Source of the DNA: Actinomycetes bacterium
GTDB taxonomy: Bacteria; Actinomycetota; Acidimicrobiia; Acidimicrobiales; Acidimicrobilacustridaceae
DNA length: 64,000 nt
Assembly (NCBI GenBank): GCA_029782145.1
Contig: JAKOVH010000026.1
Span: 491,389 to 555,388, forward strand
Direction of reading: 5' to 3'
In this document: in pieces, positions 21,557 through 32,570 of the stretch
How the letters are laid out: each line of letters begins with the position of its first letter
Numbering within the stretch: the first letter of the stretch is position 1
The notes under the pieces: generated by a model
The model's input: only the letters and a program-made list of their open reading frames with translations
Database searches by the model: none
Told to the model about the DNA's origin: nothing
Program-made: the position numbers and the translations under genes

Positions 21557-22981
21557 GTGGTCTCCGTGGCCGAGCGGGCCGATGTGCACATGCGCGACAC
21601 CGACGCCTTCTCCTGGTACATGGAGAAGGACCCGTTGCTGCGCTCGACGGTCGTCTGCGTGCTGGTCCTCGACGGCAGCCCCGACTGGGACCGCCTGCCC
21701 GAGCGCATCGAGCGCTGCACGCGGTTGGCGCCCGGGTTCCGTCACCGAGTGGTGATCCCGCCGATGCGGCTGTCGACGCCGCGATGGGTCGTGGATCCCG
21801 ACTTCGACGTGTCGTGGCACGTCCGTCGCTTCCAGGCGGCGCCGCCGCGGACGCTGGAGTCGGTCCTCGACTTCGCCCGCAAGGCCGGCATGGCGAGCTT
21901 CGACCGTGACCGCCCGCTGTGGGAGTTCACCTTCATCGAGGGGCTGGAGGAGGGGCGGACCGCGCTGGTGATGAAGGTCCACCACTCGCTCACCGACGGG
22001 GTCGGGGGCATCGAGATGGCCCGGCTGCTGTTCGACACCGAGCCCGTGTCGCCCGAGCTGGGGCCGATGCCGGAGCCGCCGACCCCGGAACGCCTCGGCA
22101 CGGCCGGGTTGGTGGGGGACGCCCTCGGCTACGACTGGTCCCGGATCTACGACCTCGGCCGGCGCCACCTCGGCTCGGCGGCCCGCGACGTGACCCAGGC
22201 GCTGCGCCACCCCCGCGACACCGTGAGCGACGCGGTGTCGACCGGTCGGGCCATCGCCCGCTTCGTGGCCCCGGTGTCCGACACCCGGTCGCCGGTGATG
22301 ACCGAGCGCCACCTGACGTGGCACTACGACGTGCTCGACCTCCCGCTCGACGACCTGCTCCGCGCCGCGCACGCCGCGGGTGTGCGCCACAACGACGCCT
22401 TCCTCGCCGGTGTCACCGCCGGCCTGCGCCTCTACCACTCCCACCACGCGTCCTACGTCGACGACCTGCGGGTCACGATGCCGATCAGCATCCGCCGCAG
22501 CGACGACCCGATCGGCGGGAACCGCATCACGCTGATGCGCTTCGAGGTGCCCGTGGGCGTCACCGACCCGATCGAGCGGATGGTGGAGATCCACCGCCGC
22601 TGCGCGTCGATGAAGACCGACCGGTCGCTGCCGTTCACCAACGCCATCGCCGGCACGCTCAACCTGCTGCCCCGCGCCTACATCGGCGGCATGTTGAAGC
22701 ACATCGACTTCCTGGCCAGCAACGTGCCGGGCATCGACGTGCCGCTCTACCTGGCGGGCGCCAAGGTCGACCGCTTCTACGGCTTCGGCCCGACGATCGG
22801 TGCGGCGCTGAACCTCACCCTCATGTCGTACTGCGGCACCTGCTTCGTCGGGGTCAACATCGACGCCGGCGCCGTGCCCGACACCGACGTGCTGATGGGG
22901 TGCCTGCAGCAGGGCTTCGACGAGGTGCTCGTCACCGCGGGAGCGCAGGGGCGGACCGTGCTGCCGCTGCAGCACGCCTGA
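21557..22981 (+). CDS. Wax ester synthase / diacylglycerol acyltransferase (WS/DGAT)
   Basis: Catalytic HHSLTDG motif. GGAGG 6 nt upstream of GTG 21557. An alternative ATG is at 21590. Confidence 0.8.
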   Translation: MVSVAERADVHMRDTDAFSWYMEKDPLLRSTVVCVLVLDGSPDWDRLPERIERCTRLAPGFRHRVVIPPMRLSTPRWVVDPDFDVSWHVRRFQAAPPRTLESVLDFARKAGMASFDRDRPLWEFTFIEGLEEGRTALVMKVHHSLTDGVGGIEMARLLFDTEPVSPELGPMPEPPTPERLGTAGLVGDALGYDWSRIYDLGRRHLGSAARDVTQALRHPRDTVSDAVSTGRAIARFVAPVSDTRSPVMTERHLTWHYDVLDLPLDDLLRAAHAAGVRHNDAFLAGVTAGLRLYHSHHASYVDDLRVTMPISIRRSDDPIGGNRITLMRFEVPVGVTDPIERMVEIHRRCASMKTDRSLPFTNAIAGTLNLLPRAYIGGMLKHIDFLASNVPGIDVPLYLAGAKVDRFYGFGPTIGAALNLTLMSYCGTCFVGVNIDAGAVPDTDVLMGCLQQGFDEVLVTAGAQGRTVLPLQHA

Positions 22982-23014
22982 CCGGCCGGGAGCGACGTCC
23001 GGAGCGACCGGGCG

Positions 23015-23707
23015 TCAGGGTGCCGACCCGATGCGGGCGTGGCGGGTGACGGCGACCCGCCGGGACACGAACAGCCGGGCGAGCACGAGCAGGCCGAGGC
23101 CGTAGGCGATGGTGAGCAGCAACGGCCCGGCGACGGCTCCCTGCTCCGACAGGCTGGCCGAGATCAGCTCCTGGGGGCCGTAGAACGGCAGGAGCTTGGC
23201 CACCAGCGACTGCGGCTCGACGGCGAGCTGCATGCCCACGACGCCGATGAGCACCAAGGTGCCCTCCAGCTCCTTCGGCACGCCGGCGCCGACGGCGAGG
23301 CCCAGCGGGATGGACTGCAGGGCGACCGCCTCCACCCCGAGCACGGCCAGCCACGGCCGGGTGGGGCCGAGATCGAGGACCATCACCGCGCTGAAGGCCA
23401 GGGCGATCGCCGAGCCGAGGGGCCCGAGGAACAGGACCCGGCCGAGCAGCAGCTCGAGCGGACGGTACCCGCCGAGCACCAGGCGCTGGTCGACCTCGCT
23501 CGACGACAGGATCGAGAACAGCGTGGCCCCGGCCACGGCGAAGGCCATGCCCACCCCACCGGCCACGAGCGCCCGGCCGCCCGAGCCCCGCGAGGCCAGG
23601 TAGAAGCTGAGCGGGAGCACGATCAGCATCGCCAGCGCCACGTGACGGCGGGTCAGGTCCCGGCCGTGCATCTCGGCCATGATCGCGATGCGGCGCAGCG
23701 AGCTCAT
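23015..23707 (-). CDS. ABC-2 type transporter permease
   Basis: Six predicted TM segments, 230 aa. ATGA overlap with the upstream ATPase gene. Confidence 0.7.
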   Translation of the reverse strand: MSSLRRIAIMAEMHGRDLTRRHVALAMLIVLPLSFYLASRGSGGRALVAGGVGMAFAVAGATLFSILSSSEVDQRLVLGGYRPLELLLGRVLFLGPLGSAIALAFSAVMVLDLGPTRPWLAVLGVEAVALQSIPLGLAVGAGVPKELEGTLVLIGVVGMQLAVEPQSLVAKLLPFYGPQELISASLSEQGAVAGPLLLTIAYGLGLLVLARLFVSRRVAVTRHARIGSAP

Positions 23708-24327
23708 CGGGCCTCGGCTCCTTCGACGCGCGAGCTGTGGGTCACCATCTCCACGACCCGATCGGCCCGCGACAGCTCGGCCAGCATGTGCGTCACGACG
23801 ACCACCGCCTTGCCCTCGTCGCGCCATCGGTCGCAGTGGTCCCAGAAGTTCACGTAGGTGCCCCGGTCGAAGCCCTGGTAGGGCTCGTCGAGCAGCAGCA
23901 CCGTCGGGTCGGCCAGCAGGGCGATGGCGAGGTTGAGCTTCTGGCGGGTGCCGCCCGAGAGGTCGCGGGTGACGCGGCGCTCCTCGAGCGGGTAGCCGAA
24001 CTCGGCGAGGATCTCGTGGCCGCGGGCCAGCGCCTCGCCCCGGCTCATGCCCGCGCCCCGGCCGAACATCACCAGGTGGTCGTCGGCGGTCAGCAGCTCG
24101 AACAGCCCGGGGATCTGGGGGCAGTAGCCGATGCGACCCCCGACCGTGACGTCGCCGTCGTCGGCCCGCAGCAGCCCGGCGCAGATGCGCATCAGCGTGG
24201 ACTTGCCGGCCCCGTTCTCGCCGGTGAGCGCCACCACCTCGCCGCCGTGCACGACGAGGTCGACCCGGTCGAGGATCGTGGTCGCGCCGTAGCGCTTGGT
24301 CACCTTCGACACGACGAGCTCGGGCAC
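23704..24327 (-). CDS. ABC transporter ATP-binding protein
   Basis: Walker A (GENGAGKST), signature motif (LSGGTRQK), Walker B (LLLDEP). Confidence 0.9.
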   Translation of the reverse strand: MPELVVSKVTKRYGATTILDRVDLVVHGGEVVALTGENGAGKSTLMRICAGLLRADDGDVTVGGRIGYCPQIPGLFELLTADDHLVMFGRGAGMSRGEALARGHEILAEFGYPLEERRVTRDLSGGTRQKLNLAIALLADPTVLLLDEPYQGFDRGTYVNFWDHCDRWRDEGKAVVVVTHMLAELSRADRVVEMVTHSSRVEGAEAR

Positions 24328-24381
24328 GCCCCCAGCATGACCCAGCGCCGGGTTGGCTTCTACGGGCGAAGGCCCCCCGGC

Positions 24382-24981
24382 TCAGGGGGCGGGTTGGCCC
24401 TCCACGAGCCCGCCGATGCCGGCGAGGAGGCGCCGCCGCACCACCGCGTCGTCCCGGGCACCCTCGGCGCGCGAGGCGGCGAGCACCAGGCCGCCGATCA
24501 GCGCCGCCGTGGCCGTCCGCTCGCGGCGGCTGCGGATCCCGGCCTCGCGCAGCGTGGCGTCGAGCGGGGCCAGCACGGTGCGGTGCGAGTCGGCCAGCTC
24601 GGCCCGGGCGTCCGGGTCGAGGTCGTCCTCGAGCTCGGCCAGCGACGCGATCAGCCCGTGCTCGGGCTGCTGGGCGTAGTCGAGCTGGTCGAGGGCCCAC
24701 CGGCCGATGCGCTCGACCGGGGTGCCGTCGCCGGCGAGGGCTCGGGCGCTGCGCTGGGCCTGCACCGGGAGCTCCTCGCGGAACCACTCGAGGAGGATGT
24801 GGGCCTTGTCGGGGAAGTACCGGTAGAGCGAGTTGCGGGCGAGGCCGACCTCGGCGGCGATGTCGCCCATGCCGACCTGGCCGTAGCCGCGGGCCACGAA
24901 CAGCTCGATGGCGGCCCGCAGCACGGTGGCCCGCTGCTGCGCCACGTGCTCGGCGAGGCTGGCGGCGTGGATGCGCGGCAC
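24382..24981 (-). CDS. TetR/AcrR-family transcriptional regulator
   Basis: N-terminal helix-turn-helix (GYGQVGMGDIAAEVGLARNSLYRYF). 199 aa. Confidence 0.9.
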   Translation of the reverse strand: MPRIHAASLAEHVAQQRATVLRAAIELFVARGYGQVGMGDIAAEVGLARNSLYRYFPDKAHILLEWFREELPVQAQRSARALAGDGTPVERIGRWALDQLDYAQQPEHGLIASLAELEDDLDPDARAELADSHRTVLAPLDATLREAGIRSRRERTATAALIGGLVLAASRAEGARDDAVVRRRLLAGIGGLVEGQPAP

Positions 24982-24985
24982 GGGC

Positions 24986-25690
24986 TCAGGATGCCACGCC
25001 GGTCCCGTCGACCAGCTGCCCTCCGACGAGGTGCAGGTGGCGGTCGGCGTGGCGCAGGGGCGCGTCGTCGTGGGTGACGATCAGGGCCGCCACGCCTCGG
25101 CGTCGCGCCTCGGTGGCCAGCAGCTCGGCGACCTCCCCGGCCAGGGCCGGGTCGAGCGAGGCGGTCGGCTCGTCGGCGAGCAGCACCGAGGGATCGCCCA
25201 TGAGCGCCCGGGCGATGCCCACCCGCTGGCGCTCGCCGCCGGAGAGCTCGGCCGGCAGCTGCCCGGACCGGTCGCCCAGGGCCAGGTCGCCGAGCAGGCG
25301 GTCGGCCTCGGCGCCGATCTGGCGGCGCGGCATCCGCCGGATGCGGCCCGCCAGCTCCAGCTGCTCGCGGGCGGTGAGCGGTCCGAGCAGGTTGGCCGAC
25401 TGGTAGACGATGCCGATCTGCTGGCGGCGGACCGCGGTGCGCCCCCGGCGGGAGAGCGACGCCGTGGGTTGCCCGGCCACGACCACCTCGCCGGTGGGCG
25501 GCCGGCGCAGCAGGCCGGCGACGGCGAGCAGGGTGGACTTGCCGCTCCCAGAGGGTCCGGTGACGACCACGACCTCGCCGGCGGCCACGTCGAGGTCGAC
25601 GCCGTCGAAGAGGACCCGCTCCTCGCGCCCGTCGGGCACCGTCGCCCCGAGGCCTCGCAGCGACAGCGGTGGGGTCGTCGTCGGGCTCAT
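24986..25690 (-). CDS. ABC transporter ATP-binding protein (MacB/LolD-like)
   Basis: GPSGSGKST Walker A, LSGGERQR signature, LLADEP Walker B. ATG fixed by counting codons back from the stop. Confidence 0.9.
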   Translation of the reverse strand: MSPTTTPPLSLRGLGATVPDGREERVLFDGVDLDVAAGEVVVVTGPSGSGKSTLLAVAGLLRRPPTGEVVVAGQPTASLSRRGRTAVRRQQIGIVYQSANLLGPLTAREQLELAGRIRRMPRRQIGAEADRLLGDLALGDRSGQLPAELSGGERQRVGIARALMGDPSVLLADEPTASLDPALAGEVAELLATEARRRGVAALIVTHDDAPLRHADRHLHLVGGQLVDGTGVAS

Positions 25691-26778
25691 GGCTCCACCC
25701 CCAAGGCGACCGCCGGCTCCACCGTGGTGATCCGCCGGAACGACACGAGGCTGCCGACCACACCGGTCGCCACGAGCAGGGCGGCGCTCCCCACGATGCT
25801 GCCGACCGAGAGCTCGACGGGCGCAGCGGTGCGGTCGAGCAGGGCGACCATGACGGCGCCCACGCCGGTGCCGACCGCGGTGGCGGCCACCACGACCACC
25901 GCCATCTGCCCCACCCCGTCGCGCAGCACGTAGGCGTCCGACGCGCCCATGGCCTTGAGCAGGCCGGTCTGCCGGGTGCGCTGCACGGCGAGCACGGTGA
26001 AGAACGCCCCGACGATCAGCGCCGAGATGACGAGGAGGAACCCGCGGATCAGGGTCATCGTCATGGTCTCGGCGGTGAAGCCGGGCGAGCCGTCGTAGGA
26101 CCGGGCCTTGGTGATGATGTCGGTGTCGGTGGCCTCGGCCAGCGCCGCGGTGTCGGTTCCGGCGGGCAGGGCGAGGGCGATGGCCGACACCCGCCCTCGA
26201 GGGTCGTTGCCGTAGTTGACCGACTGCCAGGTCGACAGCGTGGTGAAGGCGATGGGCACGTGGCCGTAGGAGCCGGCGACGGTGAAGCCGAGCACGGGGA
26301 GGGTCACGTCCGAGCCGCCCAGGCGGTACTCGTCGCCGACCTCGACGCCCTCGTCGGCGAACGTGGAGGACAGCACCAGTCCGGGCGGGCCGGCGAGCGC
26401 GGCCTGGGCGTCGGGGCGGTCGGCGAGGAAGCTGCCCGGGGGCACGCCGAACAGCGCCAGGTCGAGGCTGGGCCCACCGTCGACCGCGGCGGCGTTCACG
26501 AACGACACGCCGACGGGTGAGGCCTCCGCTCCCGGCACCTCGGCGAAGGTGGTGGCTGCCTGCTGGTCGACCGTGGAGCGGCTGAAGACCGCCTCGGACC
26601 CGGGCGACATGGCGAGGTGGGTGTACGGGAGGGCCCGCAGGCCGGAGGTGCCGTCGCGCACGAGGCCGTCGGCCAGCCCGGCCAGCACCGTCGACAGCAC
26701 GGCCACCAGGGCCACGACGGCGCCGACCAGCACGAAGCGGCGCCACGACCGGCGCAGGTCACGCCAGGCGAGGAACAC
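25687..26778 (-). CDS. FtsX-like ABC transporter permease
   Basis: N-terminal TM segment, large extracytoplasmic domain, C-terminal three-TM FtsX core. ATGA-coupled to the ATPase gene. Confidence 0.8.
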   Translation of the reverse strand: MFLAWRDLRRSWRRFVLVGAVVALVAVLSTVLAGLADGLVRDGTSGLRALPYTHLAMSPGSEAVFSRSTVDQQAATTFAEVPGAEASPVGVSFVNAAAVDGGPSLDLALFGVPPGSFLADRPDAQAALAGPPGLVLSSTFADEGVEVGDEYRLGGSDVTLPVLGFTVAGSYGHVPIAFTTLSTWQSVNYGNDPRGRVSAIALALPAGTDTAALAEATDTDIITKARSYDGSPGFTAETMTMTLIRGFLLVISALIVGAFFTVLAVQRTRQTGLLKAMGASDAYVLRDGVGQMAVVVVAATAVGTGVGAVMVALLDRTAAPVELSVGSIVGSAALLVATGVVGSLVSFRRITTVEPAVALGVEP

Positions 26779-26944
26779 GGGGCACCGCAGGAGATGGAGA
26801 CGTCATGTCGCCATCATAGCGACGCGGTGTCGCGACGGTTGCCGCACGGCCCGGCTCACCTGGAGGCGGGGGTCGGCCAGAGCGTTGCGGTGGGACCTTT
26901 GGCCGTTCCTGAGCCGTTCGACGTGTGGATGCGGTGGCGCGCAT

Positions 26945-26966
26945 GGAACAATGTTCGCCATTACTT
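26945..26966. promoter_or_regulatory. Conserved upstream motif AACAATGTTCGCCATTA, about 40 nt before the BVMO-1 start
   Basis: 17 of 19 positions match the motif before BVMO-2, at the same distance from the start codon. The core is near-palindromic (AATGnnCGCCATT). Confidence 0.5.
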
Positions 26967-26989
26967 CCCGGGACGAGGGGCGTGGGGAC

Positions 26990-28777
<1,788 letters not shown>

Positions 28778-28814
28778 GCGCGCCCCCTGCCCGGCCTGGC
28801 GCAGGTCCATCCGG

Positions 28815-28911
28815 CCCCCCGTTCTGGTGGAGGTCCACCCCCTTCCCCGTTCTGGTGGAGGTTCACCCCCCGGATCGGGGGGCAAACCTCCACCAGAAGC
28901 CCGTTCTGGGG
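28815..28911. repeat. REP-like family B element (core CCCGTTCTGGTGGAG): two direct units plus an inverted unit forming a long hairpin
   Basis: CCCGTTCTGGTGGAGGTyCACCCC occurs twice, followed by GGGGGGCAAACCTCCACCAGAAG. It fills the gap between the two BVMO genes. Confidence 0.8.
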
Positions 28912-28934
28912 GTTGCGTTCGGGGCGCGTGGCGG

Positions 28935-28956
28935 TAACAATGGCCGCCATTAGAAC
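28935..28956. promoter_or_regulatory. Second copy of the BVMO upstream motif AACAATGGCCGCCATTA
   Basis: See the entry at 26945-26966; this copy sits about 40 nt before the BVMO-2 ATG. Confidence 0.5.
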
Positions 28957-28977
28957 GACCCTGGGGGATGCCCGACC

Positions 28978-30762
28978 ATGACCGACGACGCACGCGCCAT
29001 CGACCAAGCCCTCGAGGCAGCCCGCGAGCGGTACCGCATCGAGCGGGAGAAGCGGCTCCGGCCCGAGGCCAACGACCAGTACCGCGACTTCAGCGGCGAG
29101 TACGAGGAGTTCGACCACGACCCGTACTCGCCGCCCATCGTGCGCGATCCGATCGAGGCCGACACCGAGGTGGTGATCGTCGGCGGCGGGTTCGGGGGCA
29201 TGTTGGCGGCGGCCAACCTCACCAAGCTCGGCATCACCGACTTCCGCCTCATCGAGAAGGGCGGTGACTTCGGCGGCACGTGGTACTGGAACCGCTACCC
29301 GGGCTGCATGTGCGACGTCGAGTCCTACGTCTACCTCCCGATGCTGGAGGAGACCGGCTACATGCCGACGATGAAGTACGCGTACGCGCCGGAGATCTTC
29401 GAGTACTGCCAGCTCCTGGGCCGCCACTTCGACCTGTACCGGGCCGCGCTGTTCCAGACCGAGGTCGCCGACATGACCTGGGACGACGCCACCGGTCGCT
29501 GGACGACCGTGACCGACCGGGGCGACCGGCTGAGCTCCAAGTACGTCGTGGTCGCCGGCGGCGTGCTGAGCAAGCCGAAGCTGCCGGGCATCCCCGGCAT
29601 CGAGCAGTTCGAGGGCGCCAAGTTCCACACCAGCCGGTGGGACTACTCCCAGACCGGCGGCGGGCCGTACGACCACATGGAGAAGCTCGAGGACAAGGTC
29701 GTCGGCGTGATCGGCACCGGTGCCACCGCCGTGCAGGTCGTCCCCGCCGTGGCCCGTTCGGCCAAGGAGCTGTTCGTCTTCCAGCGCACCCCCGCCTCGG
29801 TGGGTGTGCGCAACCAGGGCCCGACCGACGTGGAGTGGTTCAAGAGCCTCACGCCGGGCTGGCAGCAGGAGCGCATCGAGAACTTCACCCGCTGCGTCAC
29901 CGGGACCCAGCCCGACGTCAACATGGTCGACGACGAGTGGACGCGCTTCTTCTGGGTCGACACCAAGAAGATGGCTGCCGACGACGCCGAGGCCCTCGAG
30001 CTCGAGCGCGAGGACCTCGAGCAGATGGAGGCCCTGCGCCGCCGGGTCGACGAGATCGTCGAGGACCCCGAGACGGCGGCGAAGCTGAAGCCGTGGTACG
30101 GCAAGGCCTGCAAGCGGCCCTGCTTCCACGACGACTACCTGCCGGCGTTCAACCGGCCCAACGTCCACCTGGTCGACACCGACGGTCGAGGCGTCGACCG
30201 CATCACCGCCAAGGGCGTGGTGGTGGCGGGCGTCGAGTACCCGGTCGACATCTTGGTGTTCGCGTCGGGCTTCGAGGTCACCACCGACTACACCCACCGC
30301 CTGGGCTTCGACCCCAAGGGGCGGGGTGGGGTGTCGATGAGCGACTCGTGGGCCGACGGCCCCCACACCCTCCACGGCGTGCTCACCCACGACTTCCCCA
30401 ACCTGATGATGATCAGCACGGTGCAGGGCGGGTTCGGGGTGAACTTCGTCCACTACCTCACCGAGACCTCCCGGCACGTGGCCGAGCTCATCCGGCAGTG
30501 CGAGGACGAGGGCGTGCGCACCATCGAGGCGTCGACCCAGGCCGAGGAGGAGTGGTTCGACCTCCTCATGACCATGGTCGGTGGCCTGGCCGTCTACAAC
30601 GCGGCGTGCACCCCTGGCTACCTCAACGGCGAGCAGGGTCCCGGCACCATCAAGTCGGCCCGCAACTCGCCGTACATGGGGAGCGTCCTCGACTACGCCA
30701 ACGTGCTGCGGCAGTGGCGGGCGGCCGGGGGCCTCCAGGGGGCCGAGGTCGCCAAGGCGTGA
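28978..30762 (+). CDS. Baeyer-Villiger monooxygenase, paralogue 2
   Basis: GGGFGG, GTGATA and FEGAKFHTSRWD motifs. Roughly 70% identical to paralogue 1 over the core. Confidence 0.9.
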   Translation: MTDDARAIDQALEAARERYRIEREKRLRPEANDQYRDFSGEYEEFDHDPYSPPIVRDPIEADTEVVIVGGGFGGMLAAANLTKLGITDFRLIEKGGDFGGTWYWNRYPGCMCDVESYVYLPMLEETGYMPTMKYAYAPEIFEYCQLLGRHFDLYRAALFQTEVADMTWDDATGRWTTVTDRGDRLSSKYVVVAGGVLSKPKLPGIPGIEQFEGAKFHTSRWDYSQTGGGPYDHMEKLEDKVVGVIGTGATAVQVVPAVARSAKELFVFQRTPASVGVRNQGPTDVEWFKSLTPGWQQERIENFTRCVTGTQPDVNMVDDEWTRFFWVDTKKMAADDAEALELEREDLEQMEALRRRVDEIVEDPETAAKLKPWYGKACKRPCFHDDYLPAFNRPNVHLVDTDGRGVDRITAKGVVVAGVEYPVDILVFASGFEVTTDYTHRLGFDPKGRGGVSMSDSWADGPHTLHGVLTHDFPNLMMISTVQGGFGVNFVHYLTETSRHVAELIRQCEDEGVRTIEASTQAEEEWFDLLMTMVGGLAVYNAACTPGYLNGEQGPGTIKSARNSPYMGSVLDYANVLRQWRAAGGLQGAEVAKA

Positions 30763-30798
30763 GCCGCCGTCTTCCCGTGGCCGGGCGGCCGGGGCCGC

Positions 30799-31428
30799 TC
30801 AGCGCGGCGCTGGCTCGGGCGTGTCGCGGCGGCGCAGCAGCACCCAGGTGAACGGCTGGGTCGAGCCCCACGGGGTGTGGTGGTCGAGGGTCTGCGCCGT
30901 CACCGGGTCGAAGGCGTGGGCGAAGGCGTCGGCCAGCTCGTCGGCGGCCCATCGCCGCACCGGCAGGCCCGAGCACTGCTCGGGGCCGTGCGGCGCGAAC
31001 GTGGCCACCACCAGGTGGCCGCCGGGCTCGACCGCTGCCGTCGCGCACCGCTGGTAGGCCGCCCGGTCCTCGTCGTCGACGAGGAAGTGGAACACGGCCC
31101 GGTCGTGCCACAGCCGGAAGGTCCGCTCGGGTGCCCACGCGGTGACGTCCGCCGCCACCCAACGCACACCGGGCGTCGAGCCGAGACGAGCCCGGGCCTC
31201 GGCCAGGGCGACTTCGGAGATGTCGAGCACGGTGACGTCGCCGAAGCCGCGGGCGACGAGCGCGTCGACGAGGTGCGAGGCACCGCCGCCGACGTCGAGG
31301 ACGGCGTCGCCCGGCGCGACGCCGGCGAGCTCGAGGAAGCGCAGCGAGTCCGTCGGCTCGGGCTGGGTCCAGGACCGGTCGAGCTCCGTCGTGGTGCCGA
31401 AGCGCTCGTCCCAGTGCGATCTCGTCAT
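30799..31428 (-). CDS. Class I SAM-dependent methyltransferase
   Basis: SAM-binding motif I (VLDVGGGAS). 209 aa. Confidence 0.8.
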   Translation of the reverse strand: MTRSHWDERFGTTTELDRSWTQPEPTDSLRFLELAGVAPGDAVLDVGGGASHLVDALVARGFGDVTVLDISEVALAEARARLGSTPGVRWVAADVTAWAPERTFRLWHDRAVFHFLVDDEDRAAYQRCATAAVEPGGHLVVATFAPHGPEQCSGLPVRRWAADELADAFAHAFDPVTAQTLDHHTPWGSTQPFTWVLLRRRDTPEPAPR

Positions 31429-31582
31429 GCTTGCAGCATACCCCCGAGGGTATGCGTTACGCGACGCGCGTAACCTGTGGGGCCGGCGCCGCGGGCAGGT
31501 CCGCCCGTCACGGCGAATCGGGAATGCCGGGCCGGCTCGCGTGGTTCAATTCCTTGCGGACTCAAGGACTGGAGTGAACGAC

Positions 31583-32560
31583 ATGCCTGCTGTCACCGCC
31601 GACACCCTCACCCTCCCTCGCCTCGAGGTGCCCCTCGCCGGCGCCGACAGCAGCGCGCCGCGCTCGCGCCCGGTGCGATCGATCACCACGGCGCCCGACG
31701 GCTACGAGGGGGAGGGGTTCCCGGTGCGGCGCGCCTTCGCCGGCGTGCCCCTCGCCGACCTCGACCCGTTCGTGCACATGGACCAGATGGGCGAGGTCGA
31801 CTACGCGCCCTACGAGCCGCGCGGCACCGACTGGCACCCCCACCGCGGCTTCGAGACGGTGACCTACATCATCGACGGCACCTTCGTGCACCAGGACTCC
31901 CACGGCGGGGGCGGCACCATCTCCGACGGGGCGACCCAGTGGATGACCGCCGGTCGCGGCATCCTGCACATCGAGACGCCACCCGAGGAGCTGGTCGTGT
32001 CCGGGGGCCTCTTCCACGGCGTGCAGCTGTGGGTCAACCTGCCGAGCCGATCGAAGATGGTCGAGCCGCGCTACCAGAACCTCGACGCGGATCTCGTGAC
32101 GCTGGTGGCGTCACCCGACGGCGGCGCGCTGGTCCGGCTCATCGCCGGTGACCTCGGCGGCCATCGCGGCCCGGGCTCGACGCACACCCCGATCGTGGTC
32201 GCCCACGCCACCGTCGCTCCCGGTGCCCAGCTGGTGGTGCCGTGGGACCCGACGTTCAACGCGCTGGCCTACGTGCTGGCGGGCTCGGGTGCGGTCGGCG
32301 ACGAGCGCCATCCGGTCCGCACCGGGCAGCTCGTCGTCTTCGGCGACGGCGACACGGTGGTGCTGACGGCGACCGGCGCCGACAGCCTCGACGTGCTGCT
32401 GCTCGGCGGCCAGCCGATCCGCGAGCCGGTGGTGCAGTACGGCCCGTTCGTGATGAACACCAAGGCCGAGGTGCAGCAGGCGTTCGAGGACTTCCAGCGG
32501 GGCGTGCTCGGCACGGTGCCCGCCGACGGCATCCGGCCCTTCCGCGGCCGCCGGAGCTGA
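31583..32560 (+). CDS. Pirin-family protein
   Basis: Cupin His ligands (HPHRGFETVTY), second cupin domain. GGAG Shine-Dalgarno sequence upstream of the ATG. Confidence 0.85.
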   Translation: MPAVTADTLTLPRLEVPLAGADSSAPRSRPVRSITTAPDGYEGEGFPVRRAFAGVPLADLDPFVHMDQMGEVDYAPYEPRGTDWHPHRGFETVTYIIDGTFVHQDSHGGGGTISDGATQWMTAGRGILHIETPPEELVVSGGLFHGVQLWVNLPSRSKMVEPRYQNLDADLVTLVASPDGGALVRLIAGDLGGHRGPGSTHTPIVVAHATVAPGAQLVVPWDPTFNALAYVLAGSGAVGDERHPVRTGQLVVFGDGDTVVLTATGADSLDVLLLGGQPIREPVVQYGPFVMNTKAEVQQAFEDFQRGVLGTVPADGIRPFRGRRS

Positions 32561-32570
32561 GGCGGCACCG

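Noticed and set aside
31520-31560. tRNA-like T-loop sequence GGTTCAATTCC
   Set aside because: The flanks cannot form a T-stem, acceptor stem or anticodon arm. It lies inside the pirin 5' leader. It is not a tRNA.
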